Position numbers and translations under genes: made by a program. This document shows positions 34,287 through 43,913 of a stretch of DNA of 64,000 nucleotides, in pieces. The first letter of the stretch is position 1. The number at the start of each line of letters is the position of its first letter. This DNA is from Podarcis erhardii. Its lineage: Eukaryota. The stretch is taken from NCBI GenBank assembly GCA_964252035.1, contig OZ176207.1. One strand, 5' to 3'. Below the pieces are notes generated by a model. The model had not been told where the DNA came from and did not search any database. It saw nothing but the letters and a program-made list of their open reading frames with translations.

Positions 34287-36029
34287 CTGAAAACGGGACA
34301 GAGCATCAGCAATTTCGTTAGACACCCCAGGAACAAAACGAGCAGAGAACACTATGTTATAGCGCAAACAGTGTAAAACAAAAGCCCGTAACAAGGCTGA
34401 CACCCTCGGAGAACGGGACGACAGCTTAGCCAGCACATCCACCACCGCCTGGTTATCGGTCCAAAAGCAAACACGTCGGTCCCTGAACTCCTCGACCCAC
34501 AAGTGCACTGCCACTGCAATGGGAAAGAACTCGAGAAAAGTCAGGTCCCGCGTAATGGCTTCCCCTTGCCAATCCGGAGGCCAACGCATGGCACACCATC
34601 TGCCCATCCAATATAGACCAAAACCCAGGGAACCTGCCGCATCTGAATGCACCTGAAAATCGTTATGCAAGTTCAACGTGTCCTGCCATAACGACACCCC
34701 ATTGAAATCCTCCAAAAATTCAAGCCAAATGTTGAGATCAGCCCTCACCTCACTAGAGAGGCGAACACGATGATGTGGGGCCTTCAAACCCACAGTGAGG
34801 CGAGCCAAACGAGAACAAAAGGGGCGACCCGGGGCCACCACCCTACAAGCAAAATTTAGGTGTCCTAATAGCGACTGTAGTTGTAGCAGGGACACCTTCT
34901 TTAACGGGAGTAACTCTCCTATGACTTTCCGCAACGCAATCAGCTTATCCTTTGGCAAGCTGGAAGTTTGGGACACCGTATCCAACAGGATGCCTAGGTA
35001 AGTGAGGCGGGTCGAAGGACCCTCAGTCTTTTCAGCCGCTAATGGCACCCCCAATTCCACCGTAAGGTCCGCGAATGCGCGCAACAACACCGAGCAATTG
35101 TCGGTAGAACAATCCGAAGCCAGTAAAAAATCATCCAAATAATGAGTAACACCGTCCAGCCCGGTTTTCTCTTTGAGGGCCCACTCCAAAAAGGTGCTGA
35201 AAGATTCAAACGCAGCACACGCTACTGAACAGCCCATAGGCATGGCTTTGTCAAAATAATATTTGCCTTCAAACTGGAAACCTAGTAGCCAAAAATCCTC
35301 CGGATGAATAGGCAGTAAACGAAATGCCGACTCAATATCGCATTTTGCCAGCAAAGCAGCCCGGCCAAACTTCCGAATCATCTTGATCGCGTGATCAAGG
35401 GAAGCATACTTTACTGAGCAAAGCTCCGGAGGAATCACATCGTTAACTGATGTACCCCTAGGATGTGATAAATTATGAATCAAACGAAACTCGCCAGGGG
35501 CTTTCTTAGGCACGATACCCAATGGGGATACGTGTAAATTAGGAAATGGAGGGGCAGAATAAGGACCCGCCATCCGATGCAAAGCCACTTCCTTTGTAAT
35601 TTTCCTTTGGGCAATTTCAGGCAATTCACGAACTGATTTCTGATTAGACGGATTCCGAGCCACCGGCGGCATGGCTACCGGGATCCGAAAACCAACAGAA
35701 AAACCTTCACTCAGATAGCGCGCCGCTACCCTATCGGGGTAATGCTGAAGCCACCTCAATAGTGCCGGCAAACAAACAGGAGTAAAGGCCAAGGAAGTCA
35801 GTACACTATTTTGCTGTACCTGAGGTTGAAGGGGCAGGGGGGGCGGACTTGGGGGGTTGCTGAGAACCCCCTCTTCCCCCACGAAAGGGCCGCCGACCAC
35901 TAAAACAAGAGGAAGCAGGGTGCGCTCCGTTGCATTTTTCGCAATTGTGCGCAAATCTACAATATTGACGCTGACAAGAGGCCCTATTAAAATCCCAGCA
36001 TGGCAGGCGACGGCCTGGTTTAAAAGCAA
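34200..36029 (-). CDS. Ngaro ORF2, reverse transcriptase / RNase H
   Basis: RT motifs FRLIHNLS, DIESAFR, MPMG and THYLDD; RNase H motifs SDAAG, LEFFP, TDN and ADALSR. Overlaps the ORF1 3' end by 224 nt in another frame. The true start is unclear. Confidence 0.95.
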   Translation of the reverse strand: MLLNQAVACHAGILIGPLVSVNIVDLRTIAKNATERTLLPLVLVVGGPFVGEEGVLSNPPSPPPLPLQPQVQQNSVLTSLAFTPVCLPALLRWLQHYPDRVAARYLSEGFSVGFRIPVAMPPVARNPSNQKSVRELPEIAQRKITKEVALHRMAGPYSAPPFPNLHVSPLGIVPKKAPGEFRLIHNLSHPRGTSVNDVIPPELCSVKYASLDHAIKMIRKFGRAALLAKCDIESAFRLLPIHPEDFWLLGFQFEGKYYFDKAMPMGCSVACAAFESFSTFLEWALKEKTGLDGVTHYLDDFLLASDCSTDNCSVLLRAFADLTVELGVPLAAEKTEGPSTRLTYLGILLDTVSQTSSLPKDKLIALRKVIGELLPLKKVSLLQLQSLLGHLNFACRVVAPGRPFCSRLARLTVGLKAPHHRVRLSSEVRADLNIWLEFLEDFNGVSLWQDTLNLHNDFQVHSDAAGSLGFGLYWMGRWCAMRWPPDWQGEAITRDLTFLEFFPIAVAVHLWVEEFRDRRVCFWTDNQAVVDVLAKLSSRSPRVSALLRAFVLHCLRYNIVFSARFVPGVSNEIADALSRFQMERFRHLVPEARERPEYFPDHLWSLGRN

Positions 36030-37332
36030 AATTTCTCAACTTCTGCTGCTCAGGTACCTTTTTGTCGATAAGTGGGGCCACATAAGTAGTCCATACGTCA
36101 AGATCCTTACGATCCCAGCGGGCAGAATGAATCTTAGCAGCACGGCGCCTGAAATTCTCATCGTACTTGATCGCCGCTTTCTCACCAGCTTTGGTGAAGG
36201 CGGAGCGCACAATGGATAAATAGACTAACAAATGAAGGGACCTCCGCGGATAAGCTGCCATAACTACGCCAGCGAAGACCTGGAAACCATCGAGCCAACG
36301 CTCGAAAGTCCTATCCACCGCAGCGGCCCCTGAACGTCTTTTGGTAGAAGAGCTACCCTTCTCCTGATCCTCAGAAGGTGGGACTAATTTGAAGATATCA
36401 ATGTAGCGTCCATTTAAAATTCTGGACCGCAATTTTGATGACAAATGAGAGCCTGGTATGATATCCCTGGCCGAGTTGGTTGAGACTTTTACGTCAGGAA
36501 CCAACACGCCATCCCTACATTCCTGGACAGCCCCATACTTCGCCCGATGAGTGTTCGATCTGCGTTCCCAAGCCCATCGTGGGAGCCCAGAGACCGATTC
36601 GCCAAAGCCCCAATAAAGTTCCATGTGGCTACCCTCATCATCTGAGCTAGAGGACGACGTACCCGAAAGAGAGGAAGAAGAGTCGTCCTTCTTCCGCTTC
36701 GCACGTTTTCTAGATGACCTCCTGCGACGACGCTTCCCCCCCAACGACTTCCTGGCGGGGACCGGGAGACTGTCTTCGATAGAGGACTCCGAATCAGGGT
36801 TCCCCTGGGATGGAACTGAAACAGACTGCATAGAGACAACGCGTGAGATGCCAGAACCCGAGGCTACGCCAGCTGGAGGCCGAGTGGGCGTGCGCCGGCA
36901 AGTAGAAACCGCCGGTGGGGCGCTTCTTTCGGAGGCCCGCCTAGAGAGGCGGCTCGACCTCCGAGGCTGGCTCTGTATAACAGGTAAGTCTGGTGACTGG
37001 GATAGCTGGGGGCCCCCAATTAAGCTCCCCGTTGGAGATCCCTCGCTCCCGACTTCGCTAGATGACGGGGAAGCTGGTGAAGACACCAATGCTGAAAACT
37101 GCGGCCTTCCGGAGGTGGATGGTTGGGAAGAACAACGTTGCAAGACGCCGTCCATCTCTGCTGCGAAGCGTGAAAGGGCCGCCGGATCTCCAGCCATGCT
37201 TGCCACTAGAGATTGCACTCTCCCCACTGTTTGGCTGGAGGAGGGTGAGCGAAGCGCCTGAGATGGGCCTCTAATGGGCCGTTTTGAAGCCATGGCTGAA
37301 CTGGAGCGAGGAGCAGCTTTCTTTGGTGCCAT
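35806..37332 (-). CDS. Ngaro ORF1, gag-like protein
   Basis: First ATG at 37332 (MAPKKAAPR). Ser/Pro/Arg-rich N-half, and a C-terminal Cys/His cluster CWDFNRASCQRQYCRFAHNCEKCNGAHPASSC of the kind seen in DIRS/Ngaro ORF1. Confidence 0.85.
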   Translation of the reverse strand: MAPKKAAPRSSSAMASKRPIRGPSQALRSPSSSQTVGRVQSLVASMAGDPAALSRFAAEMDGVLQRCSSQPSTSGRPQFSALVSSPASPSSSEVGSEGSPTGSLIGGPQLSQSPDLPVIQSQPRRSSRLSRRASERSAPPAVSTCRRTPTRPPAGVASGSGISRVVSMQSVSVPSQGNPDSESSIEDSLPVPARKSLGGKRRRRRSSRKRAKRKKDDSSSSLSGTSSSSSDDEGSHMELYWGFGESVSGLPRWAWERRSNTHRAKYGAVQECRDGVLVPDVKVSTNSARDIIPGSHLSSKLRSRILNGRYIDIFKLVPPSEDQEKGSSSTKRRSGAAAVDRTFERWLDGFQVFAGVVMAAYPRRSLHLLVYLSIVRSAFTKAGEKAAIKYDENFRRRAAKIHSARWDRKDLDVWTTYVAPLIDKKVPEQQKLRNFAFKPGRRLPCWDFNRASCQRQYCRFAHNCEKCNGAHPASSCFSGRRPFRGGRGGSQQPPKSAPPAPSTSGTAK

Positions 37333-37577
37333 ACCTGCTAGCAGGAAAGAAATCAAAACCAGTTAAATTTCCAAGAAGCAGCAACGCGGCTAAAAAGCAA
37401 ACAAAATCACACCAGATCACCACTGCTGTGCCTTACCACGCACGGCTGTCCAGCCACTCCTAGCAAGGAACCACAATACAGCAATTAAACCTATGCAGAA
37501 AATGTATGAGCAATGGAAAATCTCTTGGCTAGAAGCAACGATTCAAAACGTAAATAGGTAACAATCAGGCTGTCTGT

Positions 37578-37620
37578 CTATCTATCTATCTAATCTATCT
37601 ATCTAACTATCTATCTATTT
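37578..37620. repeat. (TATC)n microsatellite inside the Ngaro leader
   Basis: Imperfect tetranucleotide run. Confidence 0.85.
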
Positions 37621-37964
37621 AACTAGATCTGGGCTTAACCTGTGAGAAATACTTGTCCACAAGGCCACAGCAGCGCCTGAGCCAACCTAAGAGGCCGCAC
37701 CGCCGGCCCAGAAACAACCAACGGACCAACCAGGCAACTAATAGTCCGCTATCTATGACCAGCCTCAGACAACTAGTAAAATGAAGAGACAATTACTCAA
37801 CATAACCAGCAGGGGGGGTAGCCCCAAACGAAAACAATGGAAGGCGCGGTACCACCCTGGGCCACTGGGGGAGCTCACAGTGAAAGTCACTTGCGATTAT
37901 GCAGCAAATTTACTAAATAAAAGAAGGCCCAAACCGCACTGGGGAAAATCCCCGAGTCACTGTG

Positions 37965-38350
37965 GGCCCGTGCGTGCCGGCGCGAAGCCTGGCAAGCCGC
38001 TCCAGACTCAAACGGGGCCTACAGAAGCCCCAGGACGGCAGGCGCCAACGCACGCGGCCGCGCGATTGCGCGGACCAGCCCCCCGGACCCTGCAGGCCCC
38101 AGCGTGCAGGCGCGAAACCAGACAGGCCTCACCACGCTCCAACGGGGCCTAGAAGCCCCAAAACCACGGGCGCCCACCAGCCGCAACCGCGCGACCACGC
38201 GGACCAGGCCCGAGGTCCCCGCAGGCCCGCACGCGCCGGCGCGCAGCCGGCAGGCCGCCCACCCCACGATGGGGCCCGCAGAAGGCCAAAACGGCAGGCG
38301 ACCCCTCGCCGCCGCCGCGCAACCGCGCGGACTAGGCCCCAGGCGCCGGG
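37965..38350. repeat. Three degenerate ~130-bp CpG-rich tandem units in the Ngaro 5' leader
   Basis: Units start near 37965, 38095 and 38224 (ggccc..gcg.gc.ggcgcg...ggggcc..agaag...gcggac.agg). Confidence 0.7.
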
Positions 38351-38855
38351 GGATGAGAAGCGGCAACGGCCCACGGAGAGGTAACAGGGCCCGGCCCACG
38401 GATAGGGGATCGAAAAATAGGTAAGCGTTCGCCGCAGCGGCGGTGGGGGGGGGGCCGGTTGGTGCTCAGCGGTTACGGAACCGCAATCAACCAAATTGAG
38501 AGGGGGGTAGGCCGCGGCCTGGAAAAGCGGCTGCAAACCCCCCCGCCCCAAAACGCCCTCGGCGCCCCTCGGATCGACCCAAAGAGGGGCCTGAAGGCCG
38601 GGGGAAAGCCTCCCCCGGGCCGGGGGTGGGGGTGGAATCCCCGCTTCCCACCTAGCCTCTTCCGCTTAAATAAACAATAAACAGGGAAGAAAGATAGGGT
38701 AAATAAGAAGAGACGGAGGAGGGGAAGCGAAAGAGTGAAAGGAATTAAGGAGGAAGAAAGGGGAGAAGAAGGGCTTAGGAATTAGGACAAAATATATAAA
38801 AGCAGCAAATAGATATCAGGTTTAGCAATACAACCGGTTCCAGCAGACTGCTCCT

Positions 38856-39065
38856 TGATCCGGTGCAGAGGCCAAGAGGACGCCCAGGAGAGGCGACCTG
38901 CATATATAGCCTCTGAATCCCTCCTCCCTTAATGGCCACATGCAAATTCACTGGCAACAATTAACCCTTAAAGGGTCTGGCCTTTTCCAACTGCCTGGTC
39001 ACCGCAGGGTGGCTTGTATGTCCCAACCGCAACACGTGCTCTCTTTTCATGGAGAACACGCTTTG
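38856..39065 (-). repeat. Ngaro split direct repeat A1 (210 bp, 5' end of element)
   Basis: Identical by eye to 32051-32260. Confidence 0.95.
38902..38908 (-). promoter_or_regulatory. TATA box (TATATAT) in repeat A1; identical copy in A2 at 32097-32103
   Basis: The minus strand reads GAGGCTATATATGCAGG about 45 nt before the end of repeat A. Confidence 0.6.
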
Positions 39066-39394
39066 TAGGGTGTTTAACAACACTGGTAAAACACCACACA
39101 CAAATAATTTTGATGAGACAGTAATTAATAACTTAATTATTATTCCTTTTTTGGGCAGGGTTCTTTCAATGGACATATGTAGGGCAGGGGAAAGAATGTA
39201 AAGTAACTGAAGACTTTATCAAAGAGAGCATGATCCAGTTCTGAAATTAATTTCAGAAATAATCCTCATTAAACCAAAATTTAAAAGGAGTGCATGGGTG
39301 CAGGACACAAAAAACAATAAAGGAGTGGAACATGGAAAATGTTCTTATTCCTAACTAGATAAAACATAAAGCACAAAGAAGACTGTAGAGAAAA

Positions 39395-39658
39395 TGTTAT
39401 GTACTGAAGTTCTCACCCTGGGCCAGCAGGGGGATACTGTAGATAATTTTTACTCAGGTCCACATATGCAAATAAAGGATCAAAAGTGACATTCAGTGAT
39501 TGGATAGTTACAGAAAGTTGTTACAGTTACATTGTACTAGAGCTCTATATAAGCAGGCTGGCTGAACCCTTCAGTTCAGTTCTGTTCTGGCCTGTGAATA
39601 AGCAAGAGCTGTTTGAAGAATCGCTGTGTCATCTGATATGTTCACCCACAACCTAACA
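39395..39658 (+). mobile_element. Solo LTR (264 bp), antisense to CNBD1
   Basis: TGT...ACA termini and perfect 5-bp TSD gaaaa (39390-39394, 39659-39663); ATGCAAAT at 39466-39473, ATTGG at 39499-39503, TATATAAG at 39546-39553. Confidence 0.85.
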
Positions 39659-39905
39659 GAAAAGGCACATTGATTATGCTTAGGGCGCTTCCAGACTGTT
39701 GCTGTTTTCTAGTGGGATATACTGGAAAGTGGGATACAACTTACATGATGCAACTTCATCTATCGGCTCCCGCAAACAAACAGAATGCATGCTCAAAAAA
39801 TAGCTTACATCATCTAATCTCCCTGCAAGCTCTGTGCAAGCAAAACGAGATGAGAACTTAAAGGAACTATACTAAAAGAAAGGAAAGCAATGCATTTGGA
39901 TTTAC

Positions 39906-40056
39906 CATGTATGTCTGCAGCATCAATAATTCCTAGTTCAACAGGCGTTCCTGCTTTCAGAGTATATGTAGATGGGGTCTGATAGAGAACGCTTACTTCT
40001 CCAAAGGAATCTTTTGGATGCAGTTGGCCAATGAGGACTTGTTTCATCTGCTTCAT
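39906..40056 (-). CDS. CNBD1: CNBD1 exon: MKQMKQVLIGQLHPKDSFGEVSVLYQTPSTYTLKAGTPVELGIIDAADIH
   Basis: Acceptor tttcaaaacag|ATG and donor CATG|GTAAAT; 151 nt, phase 0 to 1. Contains the SFGE motif of cNMP-binding domains. Confidence 0.9.
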
Positions 40057-41421
40057 CTGTTTTGAAACATGAACCCATACTGTTTGTTTCTTCAGCACAT
40101 ATTTAGGACTAGAAGATGCACAGCGTACAATTTATATGATAAATTGCAAAAACTGTATGGGCTGATGGCCCTTGGTATGGTGCAAAATTCTGGCTGAGAA
40201 GCTAATGGAAGTGTGAGGTTGTCTGAAGCTTTTAGGAACGCATGGGGGTCTTTTATAACATTTGCAATGTGCTTTAGGCTGTGCACGCACATCTTATCCT
40301 AGAATCAATGGAGCCTTAGTACTCCCCACACCATTTAGATCTATTGCACTTAGTTCCTCCTTGAACAGCCCTTCTTGAGAAATTGGCTTCATTCTGAAAA
40401 TAAATGCTCATTGTAGATTAATTCTGCATCACCCCATAGTATCTCCTTTTGAAAACAGATGTGGGTAGTCCCAGCAATATGGTGTTTGTATCCACATCTA
40501 CCCAAGGACATTGTGGGTAGGGTTCTACCAAGACTTCAATCACCACTTCCTACTTTCTTCTTCCATCGGCTGGGGCATGTACAGGGAAGAAAAGGTATGG
40601 ATAACTTAATCAAGGGGAGGTTTTCCAAAGCTTGTCACATGACCGCATTCACGCTTGTGAACAGCAGGATTTAGAATCAATGTAGACTGAAATAAGCGTG
40701 TTGAGGATGAGCATGAACAATTCTGGATCGAGAAAAATTACATTTTAGCAATGTAAACATAGCCATGGTTATCACCAGATCCCCCCAAATCTTTTGGGAA
40801 AGACCTGATGCCCTGACTCATTTGATCTTCAATTTCATTATCATTTGAAACATTTAACTATATTCCTGTGAGAATATTCTCCCCCCAGGTGACTCATTGT
40901 CTGTACAAATGATAGTCACCAAGTTTGGGGGTGGTTGCATTTTGTTTTATTGGCACCACAAATATAACATTTTTTATACCTAGACAGAAAGCTACAGATA
41001 CAGAATGCAAAATATGCACAAAAATGCACAAAAAAGTGCTGTCACAATTAAGTATTTATAAGTGCCAGGAACTCCAGCATAAGAATTAAGCACATGCTTA
41101 GCTCTCTCCCCTGAAATCACAGAGCTTCAATGGGTCATACCCAACACGGTTGGGTTTTGGTATAATTTGGTTAAAGAATAAGGAAAATTCCAGGTTCGGG
41201 GCAAGTACACTTTGGTGACAGGGGCCCAGCAGAGATTTAAAAACACAAAATATGCTCTTAAGAAATGTTGAATGTTTAGAAGCTAGGCTATGTTTTATTT
41301 GCGACATGATAACTGACATTCCCTGAGCAATGTGCCTTAAAAGTCATATTTTAAAAAATAATAATAAATCAAGCAAACCAAATAAAAACAATCACAAGGG
41401 GAGGGGAGAGAAAAGATAGAA

Positions 41422-41752
41422 CATGGGTAGGCAAACTAAGGCCCGGGGGCTGGATCCGGCCCAATCACCTTCTAAATCTGGCCCGCAGATGGTCTGCGAA
41501 TCAGTGTGTTTTTACATGAGTAGAATGTGTCATTTTATTTACAGTGCATCTCTAGGTTATTTGTGGGGCCTGCCTGGTGTTTTTACATAAGTAGAATGTG
41601 TGCTTTTATTTAAAATGCATCTCTAGGTTATTTGTGGGGCATAGGAATTTGTTCATTTCCCCCCCCCCATCAAAAAAAAATATAGTCCGGCCCTCCACAA
41701 GGTCTGAGGGTCAGTGGACCGGCCCCCTGCTGAAAAAGTTTGCTGACCCCTG
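41422..41752 (+). mobile_element. hAT MITE, family copy 3
   Basis: Perfect 8-bp TSD agatagaa (41414-41421, 41753-41760). Confidence 0.88.
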
Positions 41753-42200
41753 AGATAGAACCACCAGCGACAAACTGTATGAGGCCAGAGGAAAAAACAG
41801 TAAGATTATTATTTTTTGTACTTCTACAAAAATAATAAAAAAATAAGAATTTAAAATGCCTGGAAAAATGGAAACATCCTCATATGCATAGAGTGAGTGT
41901 ACTGCATCAAGCCTTAGCAGAGAAAAGAGAAGAGTGGAGCTGTTGTAGTTTGTCTGGGTGCCTATGTAAGTTAGCCTACTGCCCTCAAGTGCCACTGACG
42001 ATGCTGAACCAATGTTGAGGTTAAGATTCAGCTGCCAGTCCAGTCAGCTTCTGTATGTGAAATTGAGGGTGGGAGGGTGAAACTTTGTCCTTTGTGTCAG
42101 ACAGCAAGATGACTTTGGCTCGCTGAGTAAGTAATCCAACAAAAAACAAAACAAAAGGATTTCCAGAACTGATACTATGGATGAAAATGTAATTCCTCAC

Positions 42201-42310
42201 CATTTTCCCCAAAGGTCGCTTCACAAGGGCCGGGATGATTCGGTAAGCATTGCAACTTCCAGACTTAATGAATCCAACATATTCACTTAATTCTCCTGCT
42301 TTCATAAGCA
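42201..42310 (-). CDS. CNBD1: CNBD1 exon (second cNMP-binding-like domain): (V)LMKAGELSEYVGFIKSGSCNAYRIIPALVKRPLGKM
   Basis: Acceptor ttttttttgcag|TG and donor ATG|GTGAGG; 110 nt, phase 1 to 0. In frame with both neighbouring exons. Confidence 0.9.
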
Positions 42311-42436
42311 CTGCAAAAAAAATAGCAACGGTAAATATATATCTATAAGGTTTTCTCCACCAACAATAATTTTTGCTAAATTATATTTTGAATTATGCCA
42401 AATGATGCTGTTTTTGAAGCAAACTGTATATGATAT

Positions 42437-42848
42437 TGTCAGGGAACTGACATCGGAGCGAGAGGTGGAGGCAAGGCTCCAAAGCGATGCAGGAGAGGCG
42501 ACCAGCAGGGGGGAAGGAATTCAGTATAACACCGGTAGAGAAGGGAGGGAGATGGAGGATTCGGAGAGAGGTCTCCAAGACCCTTCACCCGAGACTAGTG
42601 GGGAGAGCACGGACACGCCTCTGCCTTCCCCTTACTTGCGCAGACGAATTCCACGCAGGGAAAGTAGGAGGAGACTTGGCGTCAAACAGCTCTTATGCTG
42701 GAAGAGGTTCAAGAAACGCCCACTGACGGATTCTGCAAGTGACTGACCGGCCACTGAGTGTGGGCTGTCAGCCAAAGCATGGTTGGCCAGGCAATCTAAC
42801 CAAAACTGAAGGCAACTTACGGACAAGTAACCCCTTACAACCATTACA
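42437..42848 (+). mobile_element. Solo LTR, probably Gypsy-type (412 bp)
   Basis: TGT...ACA termini and perfect 5-bp TSD gatat (42432-42436, 42849-42853). Confidence 0.8.
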
Positions 42849-43519
42849 GATATTTTGCCCTAAGGAGTGAATGTTGACTCCATATACCTTGAATGTATCT
42901 GTTCCCAAGGTGAATCAAGGGTGAGCGATGCAGAAAAGTTCTGCAGTGTTAATTAGCACCACCCACCCCCACTATTATTTCTCTGCTATGGATTAAATCC
43001 GTTTGCATGTTATTCTGTTTTTCTTGAAATTAAACACTTTCTGTGAAGGAGGGCACACTCAAGATTACTTAACACATTTGAAGTTTTCCCTTTAATGTAT
43101 TTACATAGCGATAAAAGAAAGAGAAAGAAAATGTTTTCTACACATTCTGCATTCAAGTCCAGTTTCAAATCTTCATGAGTGAATAGAGCCCAGGATGGAA
43201 GTCATTCCAGATTAGCAGGGCAAGTCTATATATGTTTTCACCTGGATGTAAGTCCTCCTGTGTTCATTGGGGATTACTCCCAAGTAAATGCATAGGGTTG
43301 CAGATGAATGGGTCCTAAATATATTTGGTGCATTTATTTATTAAAACATGTTTTATGCTGCCTTTCAGGGTGGAGCCTTAAATTAGGCAGGGATGACCAA
43401 CAATACGTAAAACACAAAATAAGTGTCTTATGTATGCTCCCTAGACTTCTTTATTTAATCAAGTTTTATTATGTTCCACCCTGAATACTACTGTTTCAAA
43501 TTTCCCTGTTCTATCCAGT

Positions 43520-43913
43520 AATGATAATAATATAATAATAATTTATTATTTATACCCTACCCATCTCGCTGGATTTCCCCAGTCACTCCAGGCGGCTCCC
43601 AGCAGAATATTAAAAACAAGATAAAACAGCAAACATTAAAAACTTCCCTAAACAGGGCTGCCTTCAGATGTCTTCTAAAAGTCAGATAGTTGTTTATTCC
43701 TTGACATCTAATGGGAGGGAGTTCCACAGGGCTCCTGCTTGGCAGGGGGTTGGACTCGAAGGCCCTTGTGGTCTCTTCCAACTCTATGATTCTAGGGCGG
43801 GCGCCACTACCAAGAAGGCCCTCTGCCTGGTTCCCTGTAACCTCATTTCTCTCAGTGAGGCAACCGCCAGAAGGCCCTTGGAGCTGGACCTCAGTGTCCG
43901 AGCTAAACGAGTA
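43520..43913 (-). mobile_element. L2 LINE 3' end (same family as 22631-24066) with nested CR1 tail at 43733-43793
   Basis: The reverse complement matches 23720-24030. The CR1 insert is flanked by a 5-bp TSD agggc (43728-43732, 43794-43798). Confidence 0.85.

Larger units (their letters stand above)
31452..39065 (-). mobile_element. Full-length Ngaro-class (DIRS order) tyrosine-recombinase retrotransposon
   Basis: Split direct repeats A1...B1-A2-spacer-B2 and four uninterrupted ORFs (gag-like, RT/RNase H, YR, SGNH hydrolase). No methyltransferase domain is evident after RNase H, there is no integrase and no classical TSD, and both ends carry TTG. Confidence 0.93.

Noticed and set aside
36623-37261. 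212-aa plus-strand ORF
   Set aside because: Antisense shadow of the low-complexity GC-rich gag ORF; no motif.
37781-38680. Several overlapping 70-140 aa ORFs in the Ngaro leader
   Set aside because: Expected in very GC-rich tandem-repeat sequence; they occur on both strands and in multiple frames.
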